64,000 bases of DNA from an uncultured Nitrososphaerota archaeon (GCA_964408285.1 CAYOYV010000003.1:125067-189066); one strand, 5' to 3'; positions 20,030 to 30,470 are shown, numbered from the stretch's first letter. A program made the numbers and translations. Notes: a model not told the origin generated them from the sequence alone.

Positions 20030-21175
20030 TTATCTCTTGCTCTCGTCTAGGTCGTGAGATGCATAACGCTCTGCGGCCGCCATTAATGAGTTCAGGTGAC
20101 TCAACGGGGTCCCCGGGGCAATGTTGTAGCCATCTCCAAGCGCATAGCCTCCTAGCCCATCGAATAATTCAATATACTCCCTACACGAATTGATTATTCT
20201 TTCCTCAGGGCCTTCAAGTATTAATGACGGACTAGGCCCACCATAGAGTAGGACTTTTCCTCCCATTACCTTCGCGAGTATCGTAGGAGAAGTCACCCAG
20301 CCGAAACCGTCAAGACTGTGTATCCTCTCCTCTCTCACTAACAGCTCAAGAAGATGATCTATCTTCCCGCAGAGATGGATGCCCCTTTCTTTGGTGCCGA
20401 AGGCCTCATAGATTCTGTGATGATAGGGCAGGGCGAATTCCCTGTACTGGTCAGGGGAAAGATATGCGGCGAAATCATCTGCCAGACCCATCCCGCAGTC
20501 TTTGGGGATGCCTGCCATTTCCCTGAGATGATGGTTGTAATCGATTATCTTCTCGGTGACCAAGTCCATCATCTCGTGTACGAGCTGAGGATTCGTTATG
20601 ATGTCCGAGAGCAGATTCCTTGCACCTCTAATCCAAGAAACATTAGTGAGAGGCCCGTCGGTCCCCATTCCGGATCCTAGATCAATCTCGATCGGACCAT
20701 CTTCGAGCACCATTCTCCATTCTCCGATCAGGTCTCTCATGTGCGCCATATATTCGACGATTCTTCCTGTGAGCCCGAGTTTTGTCATATCTGCTCCCTT
20801 GAGCTTCTGAACATCAGGTGGGATCCTGATTATGGGCTCCTTTATCCATGGGAATCCTTCCCTGAATGTGAGTTCACAACCGAGCCCTGAAGCCTCTCTC
20901 ACATTCTGGAAGTCTGGACTGACTGTAATACCATACCTATCGTCTCTTATGTTCTCCATTATCCACTTTGATGCGACTAATTGGGCTTCAAGCATTTTCC
21001 TAGGAGAGGACCAATATTCCTCAAAGCTCATTCCGAGGATTGGAAGCCAAAATCTTGTTCCTATTCCCAGCCTGACCGGCAAGCGATCTGGTCTCCCGAA
21101 TCTCCCTCGAATTTCCCATCTTTCCTTTCTTTGCTGTAGCTCTCTGGAATTGATTCTGATCGAAATGTCTGCCAA
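20030..21175 (-). CDS. Uroporphyrinogen decarboxylase / MtaA-CmuA superfamily protein
   Basis: DRLPV, ADD..LSPDQYREF..PY, HLCG and PGTP motifs. Confidence 0.8.
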   Translation of the reverse strand: MADISIRINSRELQQRKERWEIRGRFGRPDRLPVRLGIGTRFWLPILGMSFEEYWSSPRKMLEAQLVASKWIMENIRDDRYGITVSPDFQNVREASGLGCELTFREGFPWIKEPIIRIPPDVQKLKGADMTKLGLTGRIVEYMAHMRDLIGEWRMVLEDGPIEIDLGSGMGTDGPLTNVSWIRGARNLLSDIITNPQLVHEMMDLVTEKIIDYNHHLREMAGIPKDCGMGLADDFAAYLSPDQYREFALPYHHRIYEAFGTKERGIHLCGKIDHLLELLVREERIHSLDGFGWVTSPTILAKVMGGKVLLYGGPSPSLILEGPEERIINSCREYIELFDGLGGYALGDGYNIAPGTPLSHLNSLMAAAERYASHDLDESKR

Positions 21176-21342
21176 GGATGGGTCAAGGGTACTGATTTCA
21201 GTTGGTATAAACTCTTTCCTCTACTCCAGGATCTTTCTCAGATGCATTTGATTCTGAGATACGAACCCCGCAATGAGGAGTCAGAACCGAAGCGGAGGCC
21301 TCCGGAGAATCTTATTAAATCATATCTCGATTCATGCCATAG

Positions 21343-22422
21343 ATGACTGCATCAGGAAAGAGCCGCAGCCTTTTGCCCTATGCCGCGACAGCGCTTATAT
21401 CGTGCGTCGTCCTGATCCTGTTCGGATATTACATGACCATGCAGGAATCGCCAACTGAGGGCGTGGCGATAAATTTCACTTCTTTGCCGCTGAAGACGCT
21501 CGAGGTTAGGTTCTTCGGCTGGACAACATCCTCAGAGACAAGCATAGATTCCTTTGTGCGAAATGCAGATCATTTCACGTGGGTTTCTCCAGCCCAATTG
21601 CACATTGATATCGATGGAAATCTCATCGGAAAAATCGATGAAAGGATCATAGAATCTGCAAGAAAGAACAACGTAAGCATCATACCTCTCGTTGCAAACG
21701 CAGATTTCAACAGGGATCTTATGCATAGAATCCTGACCGACGAGGGAATAAGGAAAGGGACAATAGACTCCATAGTCCGATTTGTGATCGAGCATGATTT
21801 CGCGGGTGTGAACATCGACTGGGAGAACATACCCCCGGAGGATAGGACGGCCCTGAATCTGTACATGAAGGAACTTGCAGAAAGACTTCATGCCTCCAGC
21901 AAGCTAGTGACAATAGACGTATCCGGAAAAACGACAGATGAAACAACTGGATGGGGCGGCGCTTGGGACTATCGGAGCCTCGGTCAGATATGTGACTACA
22001 TTTGCATTATGGTCTACGACTATCACTGGTCGGGGGGGTCCCCAGGCCCGATTGGTCCCTTGGGTTGGCTAAAGGACGTAATTCAATATGCTCTCCTATC
22101 AATCCCCAGGGAGAAAATAATCATTGGGATACCTTTCTATGGATATGATTGGATAGGTAATAAGGGCAATGGTATCACCTTCAACGGAGCGGTCGATCTG
22201 GCGACGAGGGTGCATGCGAAAATCACATTCAGCGAAAGAGACGGAGAATATACCTATACCTACGAATCAACAGATGGCAAGCATGAAGTCTGGTTCCAAG
22301 GTGCTCTGTCAACCCAGATGAGAATCCTGACTTCGATTGATCTAGGAATAGGCAGGATTGCGGCTTGGAGCGTTGGACAGGAAGACCCTAGGACATGGGA
22401 GGTAATAAACAGGAAGGTCTGA
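21343..22422 (+). CDS. Membrane-anchored GH18 glycoside hydrolase (YaaH/YdhD-like)
   Basis: N-terminal TM helix; FAGVNIDWE, MVYDYHW, GIPFYGYDW and AWSVGQED motifs. Confidence 0.9.
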   Translation: MTASGKSRSLLPYAATALISCVVLILFGYYMTMQESPTEGVAINFTSLPLKTLEVRFFGWTTSSETSIDSFVRNADHFTWVSPAQLHIDIDGNLIGKIDERIIESARKNNVSIIPLVANADFNRDLMHRILTDEGIRKGTIDSIVRFVIEHDFAGVNIDWENIPPEDRTALNLYMKELAERLHASSKLVTIDVSGKTTDETTGWGGAWDYRSLGQICDYICIMVYDYHWSGGSPGPIGPLGWLKDVIQYALLSIPREKIIIGIPFYGYDWIGNKGNGITFNGAVDLATRVHAKITFSERDGEYTYTYESTDGKHEVWFQGALSTQMRILTSIDLGIGRIAAWSVGQEDPRTWEVINRKV

Positions 22423-22523
22423 CGACGAAGGCAGTCTGGATTCCGTCAGATGATATCTGATATCACGGAAGAAGGAGATCCCATATGCTCTCTCTCTAAA
22501 GCTTTTATGGATTGCACAACTGA

Positions 22524-23273
22524 ATGGAGAAGATGAGCCAAGCACAGATCGCAATAGTCGCCGGAACCGGCATAGCCGACCTTTTCAATGTGAAGCAGTT
22601 CGAGGAATTCAACACGTCCTATGGACCGTCATCACTTGGCCGCCTTCGCATAGGCTCAAGGGATGTGATTATTCTGCTCAGGCATGGTATCGGGTACACA
22701 ATCCCCCCTCACAGGATCAATTACAGGGCGAATATATTCTCCCTTAAAGAATCAGGGGTCAAGAGCATCTTCGCAAGTAGCGCCGTCGGGTCAATGAGGC
22801 GATCGATGAAGCCAGGCGATCTAGTTCTAGTTGACCAAGTCGTAGACTTCACAAAGGGCAGGTCACAGACATACTTTGATGGAGAATCAGGCAAGGTCGT
22901 ATTCACAGATGTGACGAATCCCTATTCAGATCACCTTAGACACGTCATACTAAAGGCCACGAAGAAGCTTCACGTGAAGATGCATCAGAAAGGCACCTAC
23001 TTGTGCACAGAGGGTCCAAGATTCGAGACGGCGGGAGAAATCAGGCTGTTCCGCAAACTCGGCTGTGACGTAGTAGGCATGACTGGATGTCCCGAGGTCT
23101 TCCTCGCGAGAGAGCTCGGTATGGACTATGCCTCGATTGCAATTGTGACTAACTGGGCTGCTGGCATAGCGCAGAAGGTCACCCATGAAGAAGTGCTGGA
23201 GATGATGCGAGAGAAAGGACCCATTGCCAAACTGATAATCGAAGAGGCGATCAGTTCGATCGGAGAGAAATAG
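22524..23273 (+). CDS. mtnP: MTAP-family purine nucleoside phosphorylase, probably methylthioinosine phosphorylase
   Basis: RHG..PPHRINYRAN, EGPRFET, VVGMT and VTNWAAG motifs. Confidence 0.9.
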   Translation: MEKMSQAQIAIVAGTGIADLFNVKQFEEFNTSYGPSSLGRLRIGSRDVIILLRHGIGYTIPPHRINYRANIFSLKESGVKSIFASSAVGSMRRSMKPGDLVLVDQVVDFTKGRSQTYFDGESGKVVFTDVTNPYSDHLRHVILKATKKLHVKMHQKGTYLCTEGPRFETAGEIRLFRKLGCDVVGMTGCPEVFLARELGMDYASIAIVTNWAAGIAQKVTHEEVLEMMREKGPIAKLIIEEAISSIGEK

Positions 23274-23275
23274 AG

Positions 23276-24622
23276 ATGGGGGCGATTCTTCGTAACGGGA
23301 TAGTCGTCTCCGACAAGGGCCCTATCTTCGAAGGAGCGTTGGCATTTGAGGGAGACAGAATATTGGGCGTCGGAAGTGCGAGCGACATCTCGAACCGGTT
23401 CCGTGGATTTGAGGACATAGACGTAGGCAATTGCATAGTGATGCCTGGCTTTGTCAATGCTCATACCCACACCGCTATGTGTCTCCTCAGGGGCTCAGCT
23501 GAAGACATGTCTCTCCATGACTGGTTGGAGAAGAGGATATGGCCATTGGAGTCTCACTTGACTCCAAGGGATATAGAGATCGGCGCTCTCTTGGGTGCAT
23601 ACGAGGCCCTCCTTTCAGGGACAACGACCCTGAATTCCCAATACTTCTACTCCCCGCAAGGAAGTGAGGTTCATGCCTTTGCCAAGTCTGGTATCCGGGC
23701 AATTGTTGGTCATGGCTTCTTCGAACAAACTCGAGAGGAAGGCCTCAGGCTGACTTCCGAGATGGCAAAGAAGTGGCATGGTTCTGAGAATGGCAGAATA
23801 AGGATAAGTGTTGATCCACATTCTGCCTACTCAACTGGGCCGGGAGCTTACAAGGACGCGCATGAGCTGATGCTCGAGCTGAACGATCAATTGGGGGACA
23901 AGGGACAAGTTTTGCTGCACACACATGTCGCCGAATCGCCCGCGGAGGCCAACATGGTCAGGAGCAACTTCAATGTGCACTTTGATGGGGGAGTTGTGAA
24001 CTATCTGCACAACCTGGGGGTCCTGTCAGAAAACATGCTCGCCGTCCATGCCGTTCATGTCAGCGATGAAGAGATCGCCCTGTTAGGAAAGGCAAATGTG
24101 GCAGTTGCTCTGAATCCGGTTTCGAATCTCAAGGTGGGAATGGGTGTTGCGCCCTATGTCCGACTCAAAGCTGGCGGAATTCAAGTGGGTTTGGGCACTG
24201 ATGGAGCGGCATCCAACAACACTCTCGATATGTTCGAGAGCCTCAAGCTCTTGCCTTTGCTGCAGAAGGGATTGTCTGGAAATGCAGCGAGCGTTCCTGC
24301 CATCGAAGCTTTTGAGACTGCCACATTTGGTGGAGCCAAAGCATTGAAATGGAATGATGAGATCGGCCTGATCAGAGAAGGCTACAAGGCCGATATCGTT
24401 GTTCTTGATACATCGAACATGCACTCGCAGCCTCTGTACAATGTGTATAGTCACTTGGTCTATTCCGCGAGGTCTTCTGACGTTCGACATGTTTTCGTGA
24501 ACGGAAGACAACTTGTCAAAGATGGAAGAATCGTAGGACTGGACTACACAGGCTTTTTGAAGGATGTCAAGAGAACGAAGGAAGCTCTCCTGAATCGAGC
24601 GGGCGCGCCGCAAGCCATCTAG
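23276..24622 (+). CDS. mtaD: MTA/SAH deaminase (amidohydrolase)
   Basis: PGFVNAHTH, HTHVAES, NPVSNLK and GTDGAASNN motifs; directly downstream of the phosphorylase. Confidence 0.85.
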   Translation: MGAILRNGIVVSDKGPIFEGALAFEGDRILGVGSASDISNRFRGFEDIDVGNCIVMPGFVNAHTHTAMCLLRGSAEDMSLHDWLEKRIWPLESHLTPRDIEIGALLGAYEALLSGTTTLNSQYFYSPQGSEVHAFAKSGIRAIVGHGFFEQTREEGLRLTSEMAKKWHGSENGRIRISVDPHSAYSTGPGAYKDAHELMLELNDQLGDKGQVLLHTHVAESPAEANMVRSNFNVHFDGGVVNYLHNLGVLSENMLAVHAVHVSDEEIALLGKANVAVALNPVSNLKVGMGVAPYVRLKAGGIQVGLGTDGAASNNTLDMFESLKLLPLLQKGLSGNAASVPAIEAFETATFGGAKALKWNDEIGLIREGYKADIVVLDTSNMHSQPLYNVYSHLVYSARSSDVRHVFVNGRQLVKDGRIVGLDYTGFLKDVKRTKEALLNRAGAPQAI

Positions 24623-24729
24623 GCTGCCAGCAGAGTCTGCCTTGCTCCCTCATGCTACCAAAGGCCTAACAGAATCCTCTGCCCCAAGGTCAAAGGAGGA
24701 GCTTGGCTAGGTGCCTCCGGGACGTGTTT

Positions 24730-26910
24730 CTAGTACTCAATGAGAATGGCCTCATAGAGACTGAGTTCAGGGAGAATGATTGTCATACTACCTTCTTTCC
24801 ATATTGATTGAAGAGGCGTCTCCGACACAAGTGCTTTCACTGACGATGGCTTTCTCTCTGCTTCTGTTGTGAACGAGATGTTCTCCACAGGGAATACGTG
24901 ACTGAAAGGTCGTCTCAAAGCATAGGCGAAATTCACGACATGAATCAACGACCAGTTCTCGCCTTTGAAGCTGGTTATCTCGACTGTCTCAGGAGCATCA
25001 ACCTGAATGTCCCTGACTTGGCCGCCTGCCCATCCTATGGAATTCTCTATGATCTTTAGATAGTCGAGGAAACCGTTATTCCAGTACTGCCCTGCAAAGG
25101 TGCCCGGGAAGTACACGACCCTTCCTTTGCCATATTGAGAACTCGTGATAGTCGGGAATCTTGTCTCTTGGGTGAGGTCACCATATCTGGCCCTGGCTGG
25201 CTCCAACTGAAGTGCAATCTTATTCGCCTCAGGGACTTGCGTTTGGAGGAGGAACTCCGGACTGGGGATTAACCTCTGGTCGGTATAGTGCGACTTCGAG
25301 GTGGGAATCCCTTCTACAACCGGATGATCCTTCTTTATGACCATGTAATCCCACTTGAGAGCCCCCATCACTTCTTCGCCTGCTGATGCGTTCAATACAT
25401 CCTTTAGTCCCAAGTCTGCCCTCTTGTCCCCAAGTTCGTTGAACATCGAAGTCTTGTATGAGGCAATGAGGCCCCCTCCCGATTCAACGAAGACCTTGAC
25501 ATCTTCTATCTGTCCGTCGCTCATACATGCAACATTGGGGAGAATTAGCACGCGATATCTAGCCAGTTCTTCGGAATTCAGGTTCAGGTCACTGATTAGG
25601 TCAAACGGAACATGGAGTCTCAAGAGAGCCTCGTAGAAACCTCTGGCTTCCTCAACTATCCTTTTTTCGCTCTCGAATTTCCAAGCCGCGATCCTTTGAG
25701 CTTCTAGGAAGTCGCCGGCCTGCACCCCTGGAGTCTGCCCTTGGGCCATTTCGACCCTAGCCTGGGCTTCCTCGGAGATCGCTTTCGGCGGAATCTCAAA
25801 GAAGAAATCACCAGTTCTTCTCGACCAAACGACGGCTATCCTTGCCCTGGACTTTGAGTTCTGGAAATATCTCTCATACTTCCTTGCCGTATCGAATATC
25901 CTCCTTCCCTCTGGTAAGGCGTCTCTCGCAAACCCGGAGTCTTCAAACATTTCTGCCCCATTCGCGAGTCCCTGAACCTTACCGACTAGGTACTCCGTAT
26001 CTGGTATGTTTTGCCTGTACCAAGGCTGGTGCGATGTTGACAAGAAGAGGCAGAAGGGTTTTCCTCTTTTGATCGAATTCGCCAGTTTGGTTGTCCATCC
26101 CTGGAACCACATCGGGACTCCTGAGGGAGCCGTGTAATACTGATAACTCTCCATGCCAATGATGCTCTGGCCTCCATAGGCGTCCTCTGCGCTCAAAGCA
26201 AAGCTCCACGAGGGCCAGACCTGGCCGCTATTGTTGCTGTAAAGGAGCGATTTGTATCCTCCTTCCCTCAATACGTCCTGTCCTTGCTCCAGGAATCTCG
26301 CTATGGAATGATATCTGAACATGACAAATCTCCTCCACTTGGGATTTCTCCAATCCTCCCGCGCTGGTAAATCGAACCCATATTCCTCCCTGAACCTCCC
26401 CGCACATGATGCACAATAGCAAGCCCCTGGGTAATAGGCTGGACCATCTAGAAAAATGACATCGACCTCCCTATCCGCAATCTCCCGAATCAATGTGTAG
26501 ATCTTGTCTCTATAGGACGTGTTTACACACATGCTGTACCCGTGCCCATACAACGTGTCAATAGGGCTTCCATCGGCTTTGATTTGGGCCCAATCTTTGT
26601 GCTCTAAGTAGAAATCATCTCCGTAGAAGTGAGCGTTTAGATAGGTCCTTGTCTTGAGGCCAAGACGATGCGCTGCCTCTACCTGTTCTCTGAGAAGATC
26701 CCTGTCACCTGCCTTCTCCCATTTCGGCAAGACCGAGCTGTCAAACAGCGTGTATTCGCGGTTTATGGTGCCGGTGTAGGAAACAGTTTCAAGCAGATTG
26801 CAGTTCCTGTCGAAAGCATCTCTCGCAACTTTCTGTATGTCCTCCGTTCGATATTCGCCATAGTTGCCCCAAGTCAGCCAGATGAATCGATTCTTCCACC
26901 ATTCGCCCAT
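24730..26910 (-). CDS. Glycoside hydrolase-like (GHL6-type) protein with a beta-galactosidase trimerization (GATase1-like) domain
   Basis: RDLLREQVEAAHRLGL, IFLDGP, CYCASC, YRVLILPNVACMSD..FVESGGGLIA and YGKGRVVYF motifs. Start moved to ATG 26910 to avoid overlapping the ribokinase. Confidence 0.78.
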   Translation of the reverse strand: MGEWWKNRFIWLTWGNYGEYRTEDIQKVARDAFDRNCNLLETVSYTGTINREYTLFDSSVLPKWEKAGDRDLLREQVEAAHRLGLKTRTYLNAHFYGDDFYLEHKDWAQIKADGSPIDTLYGHGYSMCVNTSYRDKIYTLIREIADREVDVIFLDGPAYYPGACYCASCAGRFREEYGFDLPAREDWRNPKWRRFVMFRYHSIARFLEQGQDVLREGGYKSLLYSNNSGQVWPSWSFALSAEDAYGGQSIIGMESYQYYTAPSGVPMWFQGWTTKLANSIKRGKPFCLFLSTSHQPWYRQNIPDTEYLVGKVQGLANGAEMFEDSGFARDALPEGRRIFDTARKYERYFQNSKSRARIAVVWSRRTGDFFFEIPPKAISEEAQARVEMAQGQTPGVQAGDFLEAQRIAAWKFESEKRIVEEARGFYEALLRLHVPFDLISDLNLNSEELARYRVLILPNVACMSDGQIEDVKVFVESGGGLIASYKTSMFNELGDKRADLGLKDVLNASAGEEVMGALKWDYMVIKKDHPVVEGIPTSKSHYTDQRLIPSPEFLLQTQVPEANKIALQLEPARARYGDLTQETRFPTITSSQYGKGRVVYFPGTFAGQYWNNGFLDYLKIIENSIGWAGGQVRDIQVDAPETVEITSFKGENWSLIHVVNFAYALRRPFSHVFPVENISFTTEAERKPSSVKALVSETPLQSIWKEGSMTIILPELSLYEAILIEY

Positions 26911-27097
26911 CTTGGGTCTCGGTCTCCTTGGAAGCCCCCAGCATTTAACGCTTGAACCACATCCATCTGAATTACTTTCTGCAGATTGGACAAGAAATGG
27001 ATGTTCCGAGAGATCCATGTACGGATTTGTTGATTTTCCAGCGTCTCCGGAAAAAAGGTTTTGTATTGACTGTTCCCAAGGAAGGTGAGGACGTGAG

Positions 27098-28039
27098 ATG
27101 CCTAGGCTCGTGGTCACAGGGGCGATTAACTGGGACATCAATCTGTTCGTTCAGGACTTCCCTCGGATAGGGGAGGAGGTTCCGGTGGTGAAGATAACTC
27201 GAGTTCCAGGAGGAAAGGGCGCCAACGCCGCTGTCGCGGCTGCGAGAATTCTTGGTAAGAATCAAGTCGCCCTCATAGGGGCTATCGGAAAAGACGAAAT
27301 CGGAAGAACGCAATTAAGAATACTTAGGAACGAGCACATCTTGACCCCTGGCATCAAGGTTAGCAGGCAATCCGAATCCGGGCAAGCGTACATAGCTGTT
27401 GACAACAAGGGTAGGAACGTAATACACACGCTCTTCGGCGCTAACACAGACATCACCGCAGAGGATTTCAGGAACAAGAAAATCAGTGGTCTTGTTGAGG
27501 GTTCCCATGCTGTGGTGGTGATTGATCCGCCGATGGATGCAATAGAGGAGATCATTTCCCAAGCTTGGGAGGCTGGCAAAACGGTAATCTGGGACGCGGG
27601 AGTGAGAAGCAAGCTGGGTCTTGAGGCATTGAGAGACTTACTCAAGCGTGTGGACTACCTGGTGCTGAACGAAGTCGAATATGAAAACGTCTTTGGCACC
27701 TTCTTCTCCGAAGACGCTCAAGGGATCCCCCAACTGCAGGAAATGAAGCCGAAAATCCTGGTCAAATTGGGAGAAAGGGGCGCGATGCTATTCGACAGAG
27801 GGAGGATGATCAAAGCCGAAGGCATCAACTTGGGGAGATTTGGGCTCAAGGTCGTGAATACAGTTGGCTGCGGAGATGCTTTTCTCGGCGCTTTCGCGTC
27901 GTACTTGTCGCTCGGTAAGAATGAAGAGGAGTGTCTAGCAATGGCGAATCTGGCCGGGGCATTCAAGGCAACGAGACCTGAGACAAGGGGCAGTCCCACA
28001 GAGAAGCAACTGATGGATCTGATGAAGAGAATTCAATAG
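27098..28039 (+). CDS. rbsK: PfkB-family sugar kinase (ribokinase-like)
   Basis: GAINWD, PGGKGANAAVAAA, NEVE and NTVGCGDAF motifs. Confidence 0.85.
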   Translation: MPRLVVTGAINWDINLFVQDFPRIGEEVPVVKITRVPGGKGANAAVAAARILGKNQVALIGAIGKDEIGRTQLRILRNEHILTPGIKVSRQSESGQAYIAVDNKGRNVIHTLFGANTDITAEDFRNKKISGLVEGSHAVVVIDPPMDAIEEIISQAWEAGKTVIWDAGVRSKLGLEALRDLLKRVDYLVLNEVEYENVFGTFFSEDAQGIPQLQEMKPKILVKLGERGAMLFDRGRMIKAEGINLGRFGLKVVNTVGCGDAFLGAFASYLSLGKNEEECLAMANLAGAFKATRPETRGSPTEKQLMDLMKRIQ

Positions 28040-28062
28040 TCAGGTACTACGCGGGCGAATGT

Positions 28063-29274
28063 TTACGCCCCTGGCAAGTCTGATTCGCGAGTCCTCAGAA
28101 TTGCTTCCCATAATGTTTCGAAACTCTCTCTTTCGCCCAGAGCTTGTTCTATTGCGCCCTTGATGTCGGAAGCATACGCAGGGCAGAAATCGACGAAAAT
28201 TCCTTCTCCATCGTGAGCACTTGAGCACCTGCCAACAATCACATTTTTCTTGCCTTCTCTTGGAATCGCCTTTGGCCCGATAACTATTGCCAGCCCGCGC
28301 GCTCGGGCGAGCTTGTCGATTCCGATTTCCTTCATGGCCGTACCCAATGACATCAAGCAACTTCCACATGGTTCTCCCTTGATCAGCTCGATATTCTCCA
28401 ACTGTGATGCGATTTCATTGGGATCTGGCCATTCAGCAACCTTTTCCCTATTCTTCTCGCCCAGTTTCTTCGCGTCTTCGAGGGTGAGGCCGCTCAGCTC
28501 AACCTTGCTCAAATCAATCTCCCCAAGCCCCAACTCGTAGGCGCATCTGATGTGATCTATCTTCATAGGTTCCCAACCCATGCAAGTAGCAGCGAGAGAA
28601 TCGATGGCGACTGAATCATCGCTGGCAAAGATGTAGCCCAAGGGATAGAGACTCCCATCGTGGACGATGCTGATGCCATCCATGACCGTCAGCCTTGGTC
28701 TCAATACCTGATTTATCTCTGCTAGACCCCAATTCAGGCTCGAGCGGTGGACTCTATGCCTCGTGCTTGGAGCAACCAACCCATACATATTCTTGAGACT
28801 TAGGGTCACACCGAGCAAGGCATGCCTCCTCATGGCAGGCACGCTCACTATGAGGTCAGAATCCAGTGCTATCCTCGCGAATGCATACCAGCCACAGGAT
28901 CTTGAACCTGGCACCTCGATGGGAACGTGCTCCTCCTCCCTGAGATTGAGTACGGGGACTCCCGAAGCCCTTCTCAGTTGCTCAATCTCAGGACTCGAAA
29001 ACATCTTTCTGGAAGGTACATCGACTACCGGGTTCTCTCCTATCTTGACATCGCATCCGAAATCCTTGAAAAGCCTAGCGACAGCCCATGGAATCCTTCT
29101 GTCGACCATGGCCGATGTCGAGTATGAGCAGAAGTTTGGTTTAACGAGAACTTTTCTTCCTGGGTTCGAGAATCTGCCCGGCCCCCCCATCGTATCCACA
29201 GCGCTTCTGACAGCCTGCATAACCTCGTCGTCGAATGACTTGTTTGGGATCTTTACTGCAGTTATCTTGGACAA
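28063..29274 (-). CDS. DUF362 domain protein with a C-terminal Cys motif (start uncertain, up to 29373)
   Basis: KVLVKPN, TLSLKNMYG, MDGI and DSVAID motifs; C-terminal CGSC..GRC..FCP. Confidence 0.82.
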   Translation of the reverse strand: MSKITAVKIPNKSFDDEVMQAVRSAVDTMGGPGRFSNPGRKVLVKPNFCSYSTSAMVDRRIPWAVARLFKDFGCDVKIGENPVVDVPSRKMFSSPEIEQLRRASGVPVLNLREEEHVPIEVPGSRSCGWYAFARIALDSDLIVSVPAMRRHALLGVTLSLKNMYGLVAPSTRHRVHRSSLNWGLAEINQVLRPRLTVMDGISIVHDGSLYPLGYIFASDDSVAIDSLAATCMGWEPMKIDHIRCAYELGLGEIDLSKVELSGLTLEDAKKLGEKNREKVAEWPDPNEIASQLENIELIKGEPCGSCLMSLGTAMKEIGIDKLARARGLAIVIGPKAIPREGKKNVIVGRCSSAHDGEGIFVDFCPAYASDIKGAIEQALGERESFETLWEAILRTRESDLPGA

Positions 29275-29414
29275 TTCGCACTGTTCCGATTTGATATTGT
29301 GAGATATAATCGCTTCTGCCCGGTTGGCTCGGTGGGCAGATCCAGCAACCATCGAGAACACATGTCGGGCCAATCAGTCAGGTCGTCAGAATGATCATTC
29401 AAGCTGAGTCACTC

Positions 29415-30470
29415 CTAGAGGTCAGATAGATCTCGTCTCAGAGCTTCTCGGATCTCAGGTGGAGTGCCATCGTATATGAAGAATACCACGCCCTGTGCTC
29501 CACTATCCAGGCAGGCTTTCGTGGAGGACAACACGTAGTCAATCGTCCTTTCCCTACTCCATCTCCTTCCCCCTTCCCTAGATCTGACGACTTCAGGGGC
29601 AGAGAGGACAACAGGGGTAAGGCTACATGTCCCCGCTACAACCGACTTTGCTCTCTTGACCAGAGTCCTGATATGGTCAGGAGACACCTCATACGTCGTC
29701 GGGCACAATGTATCAAGGAATTTTGAGAAGTATGGCCAGTCTTGATATGCGGCCTCTATGGCGGTTACGTAGTCCGTGAACACGTAGGCTGAGATTTTCT
29801 TCCCCATTTCACGAGCCAATCTAGAGAATTCCTCAACTGAATTGGAGACATTCTCGCACATGATAGATACGTAATATCGGTTCTTGATCACGTCGTTAGC
29901 CGGCAATTCATAGCCGTACTCCTGCTTGAAATGATCCCTGCATCTAGGGCAGTAGCAGTAGTATCTACCTTCGACTGCTTCAGGATACCGTATATAGTCC
30001 AGATGGATTCCGTCCACCTCGTAGTTCTCTCCGACTTCCTTCATGAGAGATGTTAGATAGCTACGATAGCCCGGGTCGCTCGCGCAAACCCAATACCTAC
30101 TGTAACGAGCATCCACCTTGCTCCAGGTTGGCTCCTCGATGTTGGTCTTTCCGAACCTGTTTACAAGCAAGGCTTCCGGGTGATTCTTCAGATAGTCACT
30201 TGGATTTTGGGAGCTCTCGATGTAACAGCAGAACCATGCATGGATTTGTATGCCCTCGTTCTGCGCCTTCCTCGTTATGTCCCCAAACGCATCGAAATCA
30301 ACTCTCGTTCTTGACTTCGCTATGCTGCTTCTGTATGTCACCATTCCATCGCCGTCTTTTGCCAGGAGGTATATCCTGGTAACACCCAGATCGCCCCATT
30401 TCGAGACAAGGTTCTGTGCGGAGCTTGGATCAGTGACACCGTTACAAGTAGCATAGAATGCCTTTTCCAT
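29415..30470 (-). CDS. Glycoside hydrolase-like 10 TIM-barrel protein (second paralog)
   Basis: GIQIHAWF, DGIHLDYIRYP, YCYCPRC and QDW motifs. Confidence 0.8.
   Translation of the reverse strand: MEKAFYATCNGVTDPSSAQNLVSKWGDLGVTRIYLLAKDGDGMVTYRSSIAKSRTRVDFDAFGDITRKAQNEGIQIHAWFCCYIESSQNPSDYLKNHPEALLVNRFGKTNIEEPTWSKVDARYSRYWVCASDPGYRSYLTSLMKEVGENYEVDGIHLDYIRYPEAVEGRYYCYCPRCRDHFKQEYGYELPANDVIKNRYYVSIMCENVSNSVEEFSRLAREMGKKISAYVFTDYVTAIEAAYQDWPYFSKFLDTLCPTTYEVSPDHIRTLVKRAKSVVAGTCSLTPVVLSAPEVVRSREGGRRWSRERTIDYVLSSTKACLDSGAQGVVFFIYDGTPPEIREALRRDLSDL

Noticed and set aside
20030-21175. Evidence for methyl-based methanogenesis
   Set aside because: No corrinoid protein, MtaB or mcr genes in the window, and the ligand set appears incomplete.
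26911-27141. N-terminal extension of the 803-aa ORF (likewise 44893-45117, 48973-49065 and 50409-50555)
   Set aside because: These extensions are non-homologous and run into neighbouring genes or promoter regions; downstream ATGs fit the families better.
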